A DNA stretch of 63,970 nt, counting the filler, from Octopus bimaculoides (Eukaryota): NCBI RefSeq assembly GCF_001194135.2. It is 6 parts of 6 records of this genome, joined end to end, with 100 filler letters (N's around TTAATTAATTAA, not from the genome) between each part and the next. Parts side by side here need not be neighbours in the genome. Positions count along the whole stretch, not along the records: positions 1 to 17,303 come from NC_068983.1; 5 more parts are not named here. One strand, 5' to 3'. Shown in pieces: positions 1 through 12,063 of the stretch. The position numbers and the translations under genes were made by a program. The notes under the pieces were generated by a model. The model saw only the letters and a list, made by a program, of their open reading frames with translations. It had not been told where the DNA came from and did not search any database. Within the stretch, counting starts at the first letter, position 1. The number at the start of each line of letters is the position of its first letter.

Positions 1-480
1 ATCATCATCATCATCATCGTTTAACGTCCGCTTTCCATGCTAGCATGGGTTGGACGATTTGACTGAGGACTGGTGAAACCGGATGGCAACACCAGGCTCC
101 AATCTAATTTGGCAGAGTTTCTATAGCTGGATGCCCTTCCTAACGCAACCACTCAGAGAGTGTAGTGGGTGCTTTTACGTGTCACATTTCTCTCCTACAA
201 CATCACTATTCTCTCTCCTACACTGTCTTGCAACACGAAATACCTCAGGTCTTTGGTCCTCACGGCGCAGAACATTGGCAAATCTTTTCTTATCTGCTTC
301 CCCTCTGGCTAAATAAACCTGTCGCCTAGCCTCCCTTCTGGTTTTGGCATTTATAAGCCGGCCTCTTTCCCTATTTCTGGCGAGGATGTAGTCGATTTGG
401 CTAGAGTGTCTGCCGGAGCGGTAGGTGACTAGGTGACTGGCAGGTTTCCTGAAGTTGGTATTGCAGACCATAAGGGTTTT
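1..480 (-). mobile_element. RTE-clade LINE, 5'-truncated and doubly internally deleted, with (GAT)n 3' tail
   Basis: The minus ORF 175-471 has the AP-endonuclease C-terminal motif TYRSG..SQIDYIL, fused to a linker segment (RREARRQVY..VVGEKC), fused directly to the 3' tail shared with many copies in the window. No RT is present. Confidence 0.8.
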
Positions 481-900
481 GTTATACGATGCCGTATTCT
501 ACAATCCTTTAAATAATAATAATAATGGTACTTTTATATAAGCTCAAAGCTTATGGCATTCACCGTGCAATGACTAAGGAAAATAGTCCAATAACGAGGC
601 ATATAAGCACTCGACAGAAAAAAGAAGGCCTTCCCATCTGCGTGTGAAGGTAACACACTTAGTGATGTTAACAAAGGGATGTGGGTTCGCGTCCCACGCA
701 GATGGGGAAAGCCCTCCTCCTTCTGTTGAGGGCTTATATGCTCTGTTATTAGACTATTTTCGTTAGTCATTGCACGGTGAACTGCATAAGCCTCAAGCCT
801 ACATAAAAATACCATTATTATTATTTACAGGATTGTAAAATACGGCACCGAATAATAAAGCCATTCGCACCGAAAGCATATATATATATATATATATATA

Positions 901-1187
901 TAGCCTCAGGCTGACCAAAATCCTGTGAGTGGATTTCGTACTCAGAAACTGAAAGAAGACTGTTGTATATATGTGTATATTTGTGTATGTGTGTACCTGT
1001 GTCTTGTGTTTGTATCTCCACCATTGCTTGACAACTGATGTTGCTGTGTTTACATTCCTGTAACTTAACGGTTTGGTAAAAGACACTGACAGAATGGGTA
1101 CTAGGCTTACAAAGAATAAATCCTGTGGTTGATTTCTTCGACCAACGGCGGTGCTCCACCATGGTCGCAGTTACATGACTGAAACAA
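901..1187 (+). mobile_element. SINE family A (tRNA-derived, CORE-like), 3' portion running into a gap
   Basis: Matches the copies at 5892, 9673, 27775 and 60829 (ccttgtgagtggatttgg..gaaactgaaagaagc..gactgaaacaa). Confidence 0.7.
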
Positions 1188-2078
1188 NNNNNNNNNNNNN
1201 NNNNNNNNNNNNNNNNNNNNNNNNNNNNNNNNNNNNNNNNNNNNNNNNNNNNNNNNNNNNNNNNNNNNNNNNNNNNNNNNNNNNNNNNNNNNNNNNNNNN
1301 NNNNNNNNNNNNNNNNNNNNNNNNNNNNNNNNNNNNNNNNNNNNNNNNNNNNNNNNNNNNNNNNNNNNNNNNNNNNNNNNNNNNNNNNNNNNNNNNNNNN
1401 NNNNNNNNNNNNNNNNNNNNNNNNNNNNNNNNNNNNNNNNNNNNNNNNNNNNNNNNNNNNNNNNNNNNNNNNNNNNNNNNNNNNNNNNNNNNNNNNNNNN
1501 NNNNNNNNNNNNNNNNNNNNNNNNNNNNNNNNNNNNNNNNNNNNNNNNNNNNNNNNNNNNNNNNNNNNNNNNNNNNNNNNNNNNNNNNNNNNNNNNNNNN
1601 NNNNNNNNNNNNNNNNNNNNNNNNNNNNNNNNNNNNNNNNNNNNNNNNNNNNNNNNNNNNNNNNNNNNNNNNNNNNNNNNNNNNNNNNNNNNNNNNNNNN
1701 NNNNNNNNNNNNNNNNNNNNNNNNNNNNNNNNNNNNNNNNNNNNNNNNNNNNNNNNNNNNNNNNNNNNNNNNNNNNNNNNNNNNNNNNNNNNNNNNNNNN
1801 NNNNNNNNNNNNNNNNNNNNNNNNNNNNNNNNNNNNNNNNNNNNNNNNNNNNNNNNNNNNNNNNNNNNNNNNNNNNNNNNNNNNNNNNNNNNNNNNNNNN
1901 NNNNNNNNNNNNNNNNNNNNNNNNNNNNNNNNNNNNNNNNNNNNNNNNNNNNNNNNNNNNNNNNNNNNNNNNNNNNNNNNNNNNNNNNNNNNNNNNNNNN
2001 NNNNNNNNNNNNNNNNNNNNNNNNNNNNNNNNNNNNNNNNNNNNNNNNNNNNNNNNNNNNNNNNNNNNNNNNNNNNNN

Positions 2079-2355
2079 TTAATTTAATTCATAGCTAAAG
2101 TGACAAAAAAAAAAAAAAACCCCCACAAAGTACAGGTGTTTATGACAAACCATATTATTTTGCCAACCGTGTTTACAGATAAAAGTACAAAGTACATAAG
2201 GAATTAGAGAATGAACATTCTCTAATTCCTTATGTACTTTGTACTTTTATCTGTAAACACGGTTGGCAAAATAATATGGTTTGTCATAAACACCTGTACT
2301 TTGTGGGGTTTTTTTTTTTTTTTTTTTTTGTCACTTTAGCTATGAATTAAATTAA
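2079..2355. repeat. Near-perfect 277-bp palindrome (135/140-bp arms, 2-nt centre) abutting a gap
   Basis: 2079-2213 is the reverse complement of 2216-2355, except in the homopolymer (A15C5 vs G4T21). Confidence 0.9.
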
Positions 2356-2446
2356 TGAATTCAACGGGATACACTGTCTGCAAGTAGTTGGGTTCAGCAT
2401 ATGATCCTCCATTTTCTAATTGATATATATAAATAATAATTATTTC

Positions 2447-3310
2447 TCATCATCATAATCGCTTAACGTCTGCCTTCCATGCTGACATGGTTGGGATGGT
2501 TTGATAGGAGCCGGCCAGGAAGAAGCCTGCACAAGATTTCTGTAACTGTTTTGGCAGGATTTTTACAGCTGGAGGCCCTTCCTAACACCAACCACTTTGG
2601 AGTGTGGACTAGATACTTTTTAACTGGCACCTGCACTGACAGGGTCACCAAGTAACCTTCAAAACATAAATCTTTTAAGAAAGATGGGGGCTTTGGAGGG
2701 GGTGATCTTGTGTCAGATGATGAAAGGCAGAGACAGAGAGGCAGAAACAGGTGTGTTGCTGTAGAGGAGGTACAAGGTTACCTGGTCAGAGAAGGAAGAG
2801 AAAGGGGGGAGAGAGAGAGGGAGAAAGAGAGAGCGATCAGGAATCAAGACAGAAATAGGTGTCCTGCTGCAAAAGCAATACATAGTTAACCTTAGCAATG
2901 ATACAGAGGAACAGGGCTATGAGGACAGGCTTGGTGGGGTGAGAGGCAGGCATAGTGAATGAAGGAGGAAATGTGAGGAAGAGAAGAAGTGTAGAGATGT
3001 AGATTGGTTTGTCAATGTAGGGTGTGTGAAATGTTTTCTTGTTACATGTGAGTGGAACACACAGGTCAGGAGCTAGCAGAGAGCTAGTGGGACAGGGCCA
3101 AGAGGACAGGATTGGGGAGTGGGAGGTAAGCATAGTACATGAAGTGGAAATGCGAGGAAGAGAAGAGACGTAGAGATGTAATTTGGTTTGTTGTGGTAGA
3201 GAGTGTGAGAAGTTTTCTTGTTAAGTGTAGGTGAGACACCCAGTACTTCTAGAACAGTTTTGGTGACATGGGCAGGTCTTCTCAAGAACCTCATATCACC
3301 AGACATCTCA
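2447..3310 (-). mobile_element. Composite RTE-tailed retroposon containing a diverged ~180-bp tandem duplication
   Basis: (CAT)n plus the RTE-type tail at 2447-2660; duplicated units at ~2910-3062 and ~3091-3240; a gtcttctcaag segment shared with 34615-34690. Confidence 0.55.
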
Positions 3311-3330
3311 GTCCATATATATGTATGTAT

Positions 3331-3405
<75 letters not shown>

Positions 3406-3409
<4 letters not shown>

Positions 3410-4690
3410 GGTGTCTGGAAAGTTTGTGCCGATTTATAGTAGCTTACCTTTCAACTTATTTTAGAACATGGTTGAGTCCATAAGATAGGATTTGACTACA
3501 CCTCCATTTAGAGCACAGTTCAAGCTATCTTTTCGAGGAAGGTTTATGTTCCTATAACCTGTGTTAATTCTGTAACCCTTTAAAATGCAAGATAAGAAAG
3601 TTTATTTTCGGCACTTGATGCTTTTCTTTTTCTGTAAAGGGAAAAATGCCTCACAAGCAACCAAAGAAATATGCGCAGTTTACGGTGATGTCTCTTTATC
3701 CAAAAGAACTGTACAGAAGCAGTTCGCAAGGTTCCAAGCTGGAGATTGTAGCCTTATTAATAAAGAGTGATCAGGCAGACCATCCACTACAGATGATAAC
3801 CAAATCAAGTCATTAATTGAGAATAACCCACATTGCACAATCTGAGAATTGGCAGAAAGCCTCAACCTATCAAAATCCGTCATTCATGAGCACCTGGTAA
3901 AGCTTGGGTACACAAATCGCTACGATGTTTGGGTACCACATGAGTTGAGTGAGAAGAATCTTTTGGATCGCATTTCCATCTGTGATTCACTTTATAAATG
4001 GAATGAAAACGCACCTTTCTTAAAGCAAATTGTGACAGGTGAGGAGAAATGGATTATCTACCGAAATGTTCAGAGAAAGCGATCCTGGAGTAAGCAACAT
4101 GAGCCACCCTTAGCCACCCCAAAAGCGAGTCTTCACCCTAAAAATGTTTTGCTTTGTGTCTGGTGAGATTGGAAAGGAATTCTGTACTATGAGCTTCTCC
4201 CAAGTAGCCAGACAATTAATTCTGAGAAATACTGCACACAACTGGACGAGTTAAAAGCAGCAATTCAAGAGAAACGTCCAGAATTGGCCAACAGGAAGGG
4301 TGTTGTTTTCCAACATGATAATGCAAGATCGCACATTTCTTTGGGAACCAGACAAAAATTGCTGCAGCTCAGCTGGGATGTGTGACCCCACCCTCCTTCT
4401 ATATTCACCAGATGTTGCTCCTTCAGATTTCCACTTATTCAGGTCTCTGCAGAATAGTCTTAATGGTAAACATTTCAATTCCTTGGATGACATAAAAAAA
4501 TACCTTGATGAATTCTTTGCCATGAAACCACCACAATTCTGGGAAGAGGGTATTTTCAAGTTACAGGAAAGATGGAGACGCACTGTGCAACAAAATGGTT
4601 CATATTTGGTTGATTAAAAATGTAATGGCAAGTATTTATTGATCTTTTTCTTTCCTTTAAAAATTGGCACGAATTTTCCGGACAACCCAA
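3406..4690 (+). mobile_element. Full-length mariner DNA transposon (1285 bp), mellifera-subfamily-like
   Basis: Imperfect ~30-bp TIRs (ttggggtgtctggaaagtttgtgcc / ggcacgaattttccggacaacccaa) and TA TSDs at 3404-3405 and 4691-4692. Confidence 0.95.
3585..4617 (+). pseudogene. Mariner DD34D transposase pseudogene
   Basis: WVPHEL, HDNA and YSPDVAPSDFHLF motifs. TGA stops at 3768, 3843, 4164 and 4383; a 4-nt insertion near 4398; first catalytic Asp changed (TGEEKW). Confidence 0.92.
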
Positions 4691-5639
4691 TAGATCTATA
4701 TATTTGTGTGTGTAAAATCATTTTATGCCTTGTTTTCCATGCTAGCACAGTTTGGACAAGATGTCACATCTAAGTCATATACTCACATTCTATTTGCAGT
4801 GGGGATAGGATGTCCTTCCAATCACCAACAACTTTCCTGTGTATTTTTCACACTGATGTCCAAATTATAAAAAAAGAGAAATTTCCTTCTTCACCCCACC
4901 CAATTAAATTTAAAATTATCTTAATTTTAACATGGTTATTTGTCAAATCCCTTTCAATCTTCACCCCACACCACCCCCATAAAAAACACAGTACTTAGTC
5001 CAGCTAAAGACGTTATCACATCCCTTGTCACAGTCTTTTCTGCTGCAAACTGTCTCCATTAGTTTGTTCATTGACAGACTAGAGATTGTCATGTCTCCAA
5101 CATGACTAAAGAGAATTTCCTTAGAATAACATATCTCTCAAAATGCTGTTATAACTGCTTAACACATCTCTTGGATCTTGTTAAATTTCTTTCGTCTATT
5201 TTTCATATTTTCTACACTGATAGAACTTCTTTATTATTAATTTCTAGAAAAAAAAATGAATCCAATTTTTATCATCAGCTTGCATAACTACATTTTTAAA
5301 AAAAATAATCTGGTGAAAATTTGAAATACTTCAAGTGGTTGAAAGAAATTTAATATGATCCAAACATTTTATCACAAGTCACTTTTCTTAGAATTCTCAT
5401 ATTCGTTCATATTCTTACCCTCTTTCCTTTTCTATCATTATTGTCTCTTGGTCATGTTGCCTCAGGCAAATAGAAATAATGTAGAACTGAAAGGATGTTT
5501 TTCTTGTTTAGCTAGGGGACACAAAAAACCTCATTTGTGTTGCTACCATGATAAAATGCATCCAGTACACTCTCTAAAGTGGTCGATGATAGGAAGGACA
5601 TCTAACCATAGAAATCAGAATAAAAAATGAAACACATGA

Positions 5640-5800
5640 GCAAGATGTGGTTCCCAAACTATCTTGGAGGACAATAACTTGGCACAAGAACTGACTCAGA
5701 CTGTGCCAGTCCATCCAACCCATGCCAGTCCATCCAACCCATGCCAGTCCATCCAACCCATGCCAGCATGGGAAATGAACATAAAATGATGATGATGATG
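5640..5800 (+). mobile_element. RTE-tailed retroposon 3' end containing a 19-bp unit x3
   Basis: tgccagtccatccaaccca at 5704, 5723 and 5742, followed by the (GAT)n tail. Confidence 0.6.
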
Positions 5801-5891
5801 TACACAAAGGTTTGATTCTATCTTCTACATCCTTCTTTATTTACATTAGTGACATAATACCCTAACAATGCACACAACCATAGTTACAAGT

Positions 5892-6310
5892 GTGGCTGGT
5901 GAGGTAAGTAGCTTGCTTTCCTACCATGTAGCTTGGGTTCAAGTCTTATTGTGCAGTACCTTGGACAAGTATATTCTACTACAGCCCCAGGCTAACCAAA
6001 CCCTTGTGAGTGGATTTGGCTGACAAGAAGTGAAAGAAGCCCAACATTTGTGTGTGTGTGTGTGTGTGTGCGCGCACATGCATGTAAGTGTGAGTGCACG
6101 TGCACATTTGTACTGTATTTGTCCCCTACAACCACTTGACAACCGATGTTGGTTCCATTACATCCCCATAAGTTAGTGGTTTGGCAAAAGAGACCAATAG
6201 AATAAGTACCAGACTTGAAAACAATAAGTACTGAGTTGATTTTTGTTTGACCAAACCTTTGAAGGCAATGCCCCAGAATGACTGCAGTCCAGTGACTGAA
6301 ACAAATAAAT
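5892..6310 (+). mobile_element. SINE family A, near full length
   Basis: tRNA-like head with B-box-like ggttcaagtc, CORE-like accttggacaagt, internal (TG)n, and gactgaaacaa tail. Confidence 0.75.
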
Positions 6311-6527
6311 GTTATGTCTCTTTCTCTGACTTTAAGCACAAAGATGTCCTCTACATACTTCATCCTAGACCTACACTGACACCATAAATAAAGACTTTGA
6401 GAACATCTTTCAAGAGGAACATTAAAAACCCAATCTCTTTCATCAACCAAAGACCTAGTGCCTAAACATATCTGGAAAACAATCTAGTGCTTCACACTGT
6501 CTTATCATGAACAACATACAACTAAAG

Positions 6528-7003
6528 CAATGTTCCTCAACCATTTTTTTTTTACCTATGGACCCCTTTGATTCCTATTTTACTGAGATGAACCCTCCTA
6601 ACCATTTGATGTTTCAAAAATCATATATTTTTATAATTAACCTGTTAGCATTCAGATTAGCCTGTTAAATGCGATACTTATTTATTCATATTATTTTGAA
6701 CTAATCATGCATTATCTTATAGCATTGAGACTGATGATGTGATTGTTTATTTCTTAAAATGACATAGTAGGATAGGTGTGAGAGGTTAGATATAGCCAAT
6801 TTGAACATAAAACAGGTAGAATATTTAGGGCTGATATGGCTGGTTTAAATGCTAAAGGGTTAAATATTATTAGGTTTTGTATTAAAAGATGCTTGAAATA
6901 TTGTATAATGTAGAAGTATAATAAATTTATTTCAAATAAATTTTACCAACAAAATTTTATATGGACCCCCAAGAGTCATATAGACTGTGGTTGAGAACAA
7001 CTG
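6528..7003. mobile_element. hAT (Charlie/Buster-like) MITE
   Basis: TIRs caatgttcctcaacca / tggttgagaacaactg; exact 8-bp TSD AACTAAAG at 6520-6527 and 7004-7011. Confidence 0.8.
6641..6859. mobile_element. piggyBac-like MITE nested in the hAT MITE
   Basis: TTAA on both sides (6637-6640, 6860-6863); cc..ttagcatt / aatgctaaaggg termini. Confidence 0.8.
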
Positions 7004-7301
7004 AACTAAAGCTTTCAAAGTCACAACAAATACAGAACCTGAGAATTTCATATGTGTTTTCATAGCAACCCCAACATCTGTAGCATTGTCAAAATTGTAT
7101 CACAAAACTAGAATTTCCCTTTAAGGTCTGGAAATACTTTAGCCCTGATCAAGCAAATCCATATTGGATTACTGTTTAAAATGTACTGAATAGTGCGACT
7201 ATTCTATGAGCAATCATCTTTGACTACATCTAAAAGGAAGATTGCTAAAGATTCTGTCTGTAACACATAACACAACCACAATTAACTCCTCTCTCTCTCT
7301 C

Positions 7302-7339
<38 letters not shown>

Positions 7340-7582
7340 AGTAGCTCCGCTGAACTAGCATGGTGCATTACACTCTCCACTCAAGCCCACTCAACACTCT
7401 TGAGTAAATAGGGTATAATATCTCAAGCTTGGTAATGTCATACCTCCAGACTCGTGATGTATCTCCAGATTCAGTTCTTGGACTACTCTTCTTAAAGAAT
7501 TACATAAATAATTAGCATAATGTTACACATTTAAAACTAGTCCATTTTGCTTGTGGAAATGAAAAGCCCAACAGTGAATTAA

Positions 7583-8130
7583 CCATTTAGCATTGAGATC
7601 ACTACACTAAAATGTAATGTTTACTTATTCAAGCTGTTTTGAATTAACCATGCATTATCTTCATTGTCATCATCATCCAGTGTTTTAAATCTGGGTTTTG
7701 TCCTTGTTAACGGGGGTGGCTGGATCTACCTCAATGCCATAGCAACCAAGGTAAGCAGGTGCAGCCCACCCCAACCTTTCGGCTGGCTGGCTGGTGCCCA
7801 TTCTCCTTTGCTATCATGAGGCTTTTTTGGAGCTGGATTTTCTAAGGGAAGCATGCCTTTGCTTACTCCCAACCTCAGTTTCTATACATGAGTGGTCCCA
7901 AGACCAAGGCTTCTACCATGATTTTCAAGAAATGTGGTGGAAAACTAGCTCAGGAAGGTGACTCCCTGAGACCCCTTTCAGAGCCCCACTACCTATCTTG
8001 TAGCTTTGAAATTCTGATGATATGATTATTAATTTTTAGAATGACATTGTAGGGTAGGCATGAGAGGCTAAATCTGGTTAGTTTGAACATAAAACAGATA
8101 CAATACTTGGGCCAGTTTAAATGTAAAGGG
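7583..8130. mobile_element. piggyBac-like MITE split by a retroposed insert
   Basis: TTAA flanks at 7579-7582 and 8131-8134; the two halves match the 6641-6859 copy. Confidence 0.75.
7662..7993 (-). mobile_element. 5'-truncated retroposed fragment with (GAT)-type tail
   Basis: Flanked by a 6-bp direct repeat TATCTT (7656-7661, 7994-7999) and begins with (CAT)n on the + strand. Confidence 0.6.
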
Positions 8131-8389
8131 TTAATTAATGAATCAATATATCAGATTAGCTTAATAATTCAGGAAACCTGTATTAAGCAGTAAAAAAAAA
8201 AGTAGAGCAAAACAATGCTTTCTAAAATATCTAACCATCTAAGAGATAAGTTGTGAATTTTTGATAAGATAATTTTTTGGGCTATGTAACAGCTAGGTTT
8301 AATTTCCAATATTTATGTTTACACTATGATTTAATTGGTGTGTTCACTGATTATCATCAAGTGTGTACATAATATCATACTATTTTTAA

Positions 8390-8607
8390 CCCTTAAACAT
8401 TCAAATTACTCTGTCAAATGTAATGCTTATATATTCCCTTGTTTTGAATTACTTGTGCATTATCTTGTAGCTGTGAGATTACTATGATGTGATTGATTTT
8501 TTTCAAAACGACATTGTAGGGTAGGTACAAGAAGCCAGATTTGTCCAGTTTAAACATACAACAGGGAGAATTTTGGCGAGATATGGCCAGTTTAAAATGC
8601 TAAAGGG
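8390..8607. mobile_element. piggyBac-like MITE
   Basis: TTAA/TTTA flanks, ccctt..aatgctaaaggg termini, same family as 6641. Confidence 0.75.
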
Positions 8608-9284
8608 TTTAGCTAAGAGTAAGAACATTCTTATTGTCAAGGTTTTCAGATGCATTTAGTTTACACCATTCTTTTTTTCTTGCTGGATCTGGATGAAGGA
8701 GCAATACTCATGACCTTTGCAAGCTCTTTACGATCAGTGGGATATTTTTTGTTTCTAAATTTAGGGACAAGGCCAGCAATATGAGGTGAGAGGGTTTATC
8801 AATTACATCTTATCAATTACAGCTTACTTATAAATAATACAAAATTAAATTAGAAAGAATCAGAAATAGTGATACTCCATCTTATCATTTACAAAGTTTT
8901 GATAAATTAAAGATAAAATTAAGTAAGAAGCAACTGGTTTATCAAGATAACCTAAAAAATATCAAATGATAAAATTGTTCTATTAAAACATGTAAAAATG
9001 TTCCTTCTTACAAATCTAATAATTCCATATTTCTCTCATTTGCAGTTATAAAATATTACAATTAAGCTTGTACTTCCAGAAAATGACAGTAGGAAGAATT
9101 CATTAGTAATTAATCACAAAGAAGGCTACGATTTAAGCTGATGAGGTCAGAATAAGACTTGATGTTGTTTCTTGTACTTGCCAAAGAAAATGAGAATAAA
9201 AGAAGCTGACCATATCATTGAAAAAGTCATGAATGACAATGAAAGACTTTGGTTATCACATTTTGAATGATTGAATAACTGATG

Positions 9285-9500
9285 ACAAGGTGCTGAAAGT
9301 TCCTGGCTTTAAGGGTATTGTGAAAGACCTATTTGAAGGCCCAAGTTTCTCAGTTCTTTTATAGGGCATAGGAAGACTGAAGGACTGCTGCAATAAGTGT
9401 GTGAATTTGAGAGGGGAATATCTTGAATAAAATCATAATTAACTCATCCTCCTGTATTTTCTTATACCCAAAGCCAGGAACTTTTCAGTACTCCCTTGCA
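9285..9500. mobile_element. Mariner-type MITE
   Basis: TIRs gtgctgaaagttcctggcttt / aaagccaggaacttttcagtac; an opposite-orientation relative lies at 20848-20990. Confidence 0.7.
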
Positions 9501-9672
9501 TATAATTAATCAAACAATCAATTAGTTAATTGGTCAAATAGCAAACCAATCAATGAATGATAATAAAGAAGTGAAAATGAAACAGTGCATGTTTTTATTA
9601 TTGGTATAATATAATCTGTTTTAACACACAAGTTCACATTAAATATCTTGCAAACCACACACAAAAATGAAT

Positions 9673-10056
9673 GTGGCTGTGTGGTAAGAGGCTTACTTCC
9701 AAATCACATGGTTCTAGGTTCACTACCATTGTGTGACACCTTGGGCAAGTGTCTTCAGCTATAGCCCCAGGCTGACCAAAGCCTTGTGATTGGATTTGGT
9801 AGGCAGAAATTAAAGAAGCCTGTCACATGTGCGTGTGTGTGTGTGTGTGTGTGTGTTTATCCCCCACCACTGCTTGACAACTGGTGTTGCTTTGTTTATG
9901 TACCCATAACTTAGCAGTTCAGCAAAAGCAGCAGATAAAATAAGCACCAGGCTTAAAACTAAGTACAGAGGTCAATTCATGTTACTAAAATTCTTAAAAG
10001 TAGTGCCCCAGCATGGCCAGAGTCTTATGACTGAAACAAGTAAAAGATATAAAATA
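9673..10056 (+). mobile_element. SINE family A, near full length
   Basis: Same head, CORE-like and tail blocks as 5892. Confidence 0.75.
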
Positions 10057-10259
10057 ATCATTGTTTTTTTTTTTACATTGTTTGTATCCTATATAGTAAA
10101 TATATTATCAGCAGCATAATGTTACATCTACTTTTCCATACAGGCATGGGTTGGACAGGTCACTTCTAACTCAGTATTATCATAGTCATATCACAGTATT
10201 AACTACTACTATTTCGCTTATTCTGAATATAAAAATCTCATCTTCCTCATTTGAATGAC

Positions 10260-10636
10260 CACTTTTCCATGCTTGCATGGATTATACAGAATTTGTTGAG
10301 GTGGATTTTCTATGGCTGGATACCGTTCCTGTTGCCAACCCTCACCTGTTTCCAAGTTTGGTTATATTTCCCCATAACTAGACATGTTTTTCATGGATGA
10401 CTGAAAACACAGGACACTACTTGCATAATGGTGACACTCACAACTATCATGCAATTCAAGGAGTCGGCAATAACACACATCAGGCTTCTTTCAGTTTGTG
10501 TCGACCAAATCCACCCACAAGATTTTGGTTGGCTTGAGGCTATAATAAAAGACACTTGCTCAAGATGCCACATACTAGGACAGAACCCAGAATCATGTTG
10601 TTGAGAAGCAAAATTCTTACCACATGGCCATGCCTA
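10260..10636 (-). mobile_element. Decayed RTE-tail fragment plus SINE A 5' half
   Basis: Reverse-complement matches to both families. Confidence 0.55.
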
Positions 10637-10827
10637 CACTTATATTATTTAATAAAAATATCTGTCCTCATTTAAGAGTTCAGAGATAACAGAATACTAA
10701 AATCATTTGATGGAATGTTTATCAAAGAGTCGTTTTGCCAAAGATAGAACAGCTTCTATTTAAACATACATTTTTGCATTAAGAATCTTGTAAGACAAGT
10801 ACAAAAAAATTATACTAAATTTATCAA

Positions 10828-11039
10828 CCCTCTAGCATTTAATCCAGCCACTTCAGGCCCAAATATTCTACCTGTTTTATGTTCAAACTGGTCAGACCCT
10901 GCCTCTCATACAATGCCATTTTAAAAAATTTACAATCACATCATCAAAATATCAACATTACAAGATGGTAAATGATTAGTTGAAAACAATGTGAATGAAT
11001 AAACATTACATTTGACAGAGTAATACAAATGCTAAAGAG
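10828..11039. mobile_element. piggyBac-like MITE, opposite orientation
   Basis: ccctctagcattt..aatgctaaagag followed by TTAA at 11040-11043. Confidence 0.75.
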
Positions 11040-11290
11040 TTAAACTTAATTCTATTAAAAATTCTTACTTCCTGACTTGATATTATTACTTTTTATGTTA
11101 AGGATAACATTTTGTAAAATTTGTTTTACATTTGCTTTATAGTCAAGCTATATTCTTCAATAACCAATTTTATCATTGCTTTCTTCTTCTGACTATCTTA
11201 TATTAACTTTCAAGAGAGCCAAATAGCTTAAAATTGTTAAAGCTGTAATCTGTTCAACTGAACAAAACATAAACAAAGCAAAAACTGGTA

Positions 11291-11520
11291 CAGGCATGGA
11301 ATGCGTAGTTAAAAGTTCACTTCCCAACCACATGGTTTTGAGTTCAGTCCCATTGCATATCACCTTGGGCAAGTATCTTCTATCATGGTCCCATGCTAAT
11401 TAAAGCCTTGTGAGTAGATTTGGTAGAGAGAAACTGTGTGGAGCCCATCATGTTCATGCCTGTGTGTGTGTGTGTGTGAGTGTGAGTGTGTGTATGTATA
11501 TTTGTGTGTTTGTGTCCCAT
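11291..11520 (+). mobile_element. SINE family A, 5' half, CpG-decayed
   Basis: Head and CORE-like block match the family. Confidence 0.65.
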
Positions 11521-11544
11521 TGTCCTGATATTCTTGATAATATA

Positions 11545-11955
11545 GGCACAAGGCTTGGAATTTTAGGGGTGAGGTCTAGCTGATGTCATTGACCCTAGTG
11601 CTCAACTAGTACTTATTTTATCAACCCCAAAAGGATGACAGGCAAAGTAGACTTCAACTGAATCTGAACTCAAAACAAAAAGACAGAAGAAATGCTATGA
11701 GCATTTTGTTCAGTATGCTCACAATTCTGCCAGCTTGCTGCCTTTTATAGTTTCTACTATACACACAAGGCCTGAAATTTTGGAGGAGGAGGCAAGTCAA
11801 TTACATTGGTCCCTGTACTCAACTGGTACTTATTCTACTGACCCCCAAAAGGAGGAAAAGCAAAGTCACCCTTGGTGGAATTTGAACTCAGAACATAAAG
11901 CTGGAAGAAATCTTGTGAAGCATTTTGTCTGGCATGCTAATGGTTCTGCCAGTCT
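11545..11955 (-). mobile_element. Two tandem SINE family B copies (Meta-like central domain)
   Basis: Reverse complement of gagttcaaattcc..gactttgcctttcatcc..ggggtc..aagtaccag occurs twice. Confidence 0.65.
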
Positions 11956-12063
11956 GTCATTTCTTTTGTCTTCATATCACATGATAGTTGTAAATACCAG
12001 TCACCACATTACAAGTTTTGTAATTTCTAATCTTTCATGAAAACATGTCAAGCCACAAAGGAA

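Noticed and set aside
4995-5105. Minus-strand 111-nt exon candidate (and 7444-7490)
   Set aside because: Weak donor or very short length and no recognisable protein; compatible with chance.
5704-5760. Short direct repeats as a possible CRISPR array
   Set aside because: No spacers, eukaryotic context, and no cas genes.
9047-9270. Coding-looking stretch after a TTGCAG acceptor
   Set aside because: All frames are interrupted by stops and no family is recognised.
9278-9300. CTGATGA..GAAAG
   Set aside because: Chance overlap with a MITE TIR; no stems.
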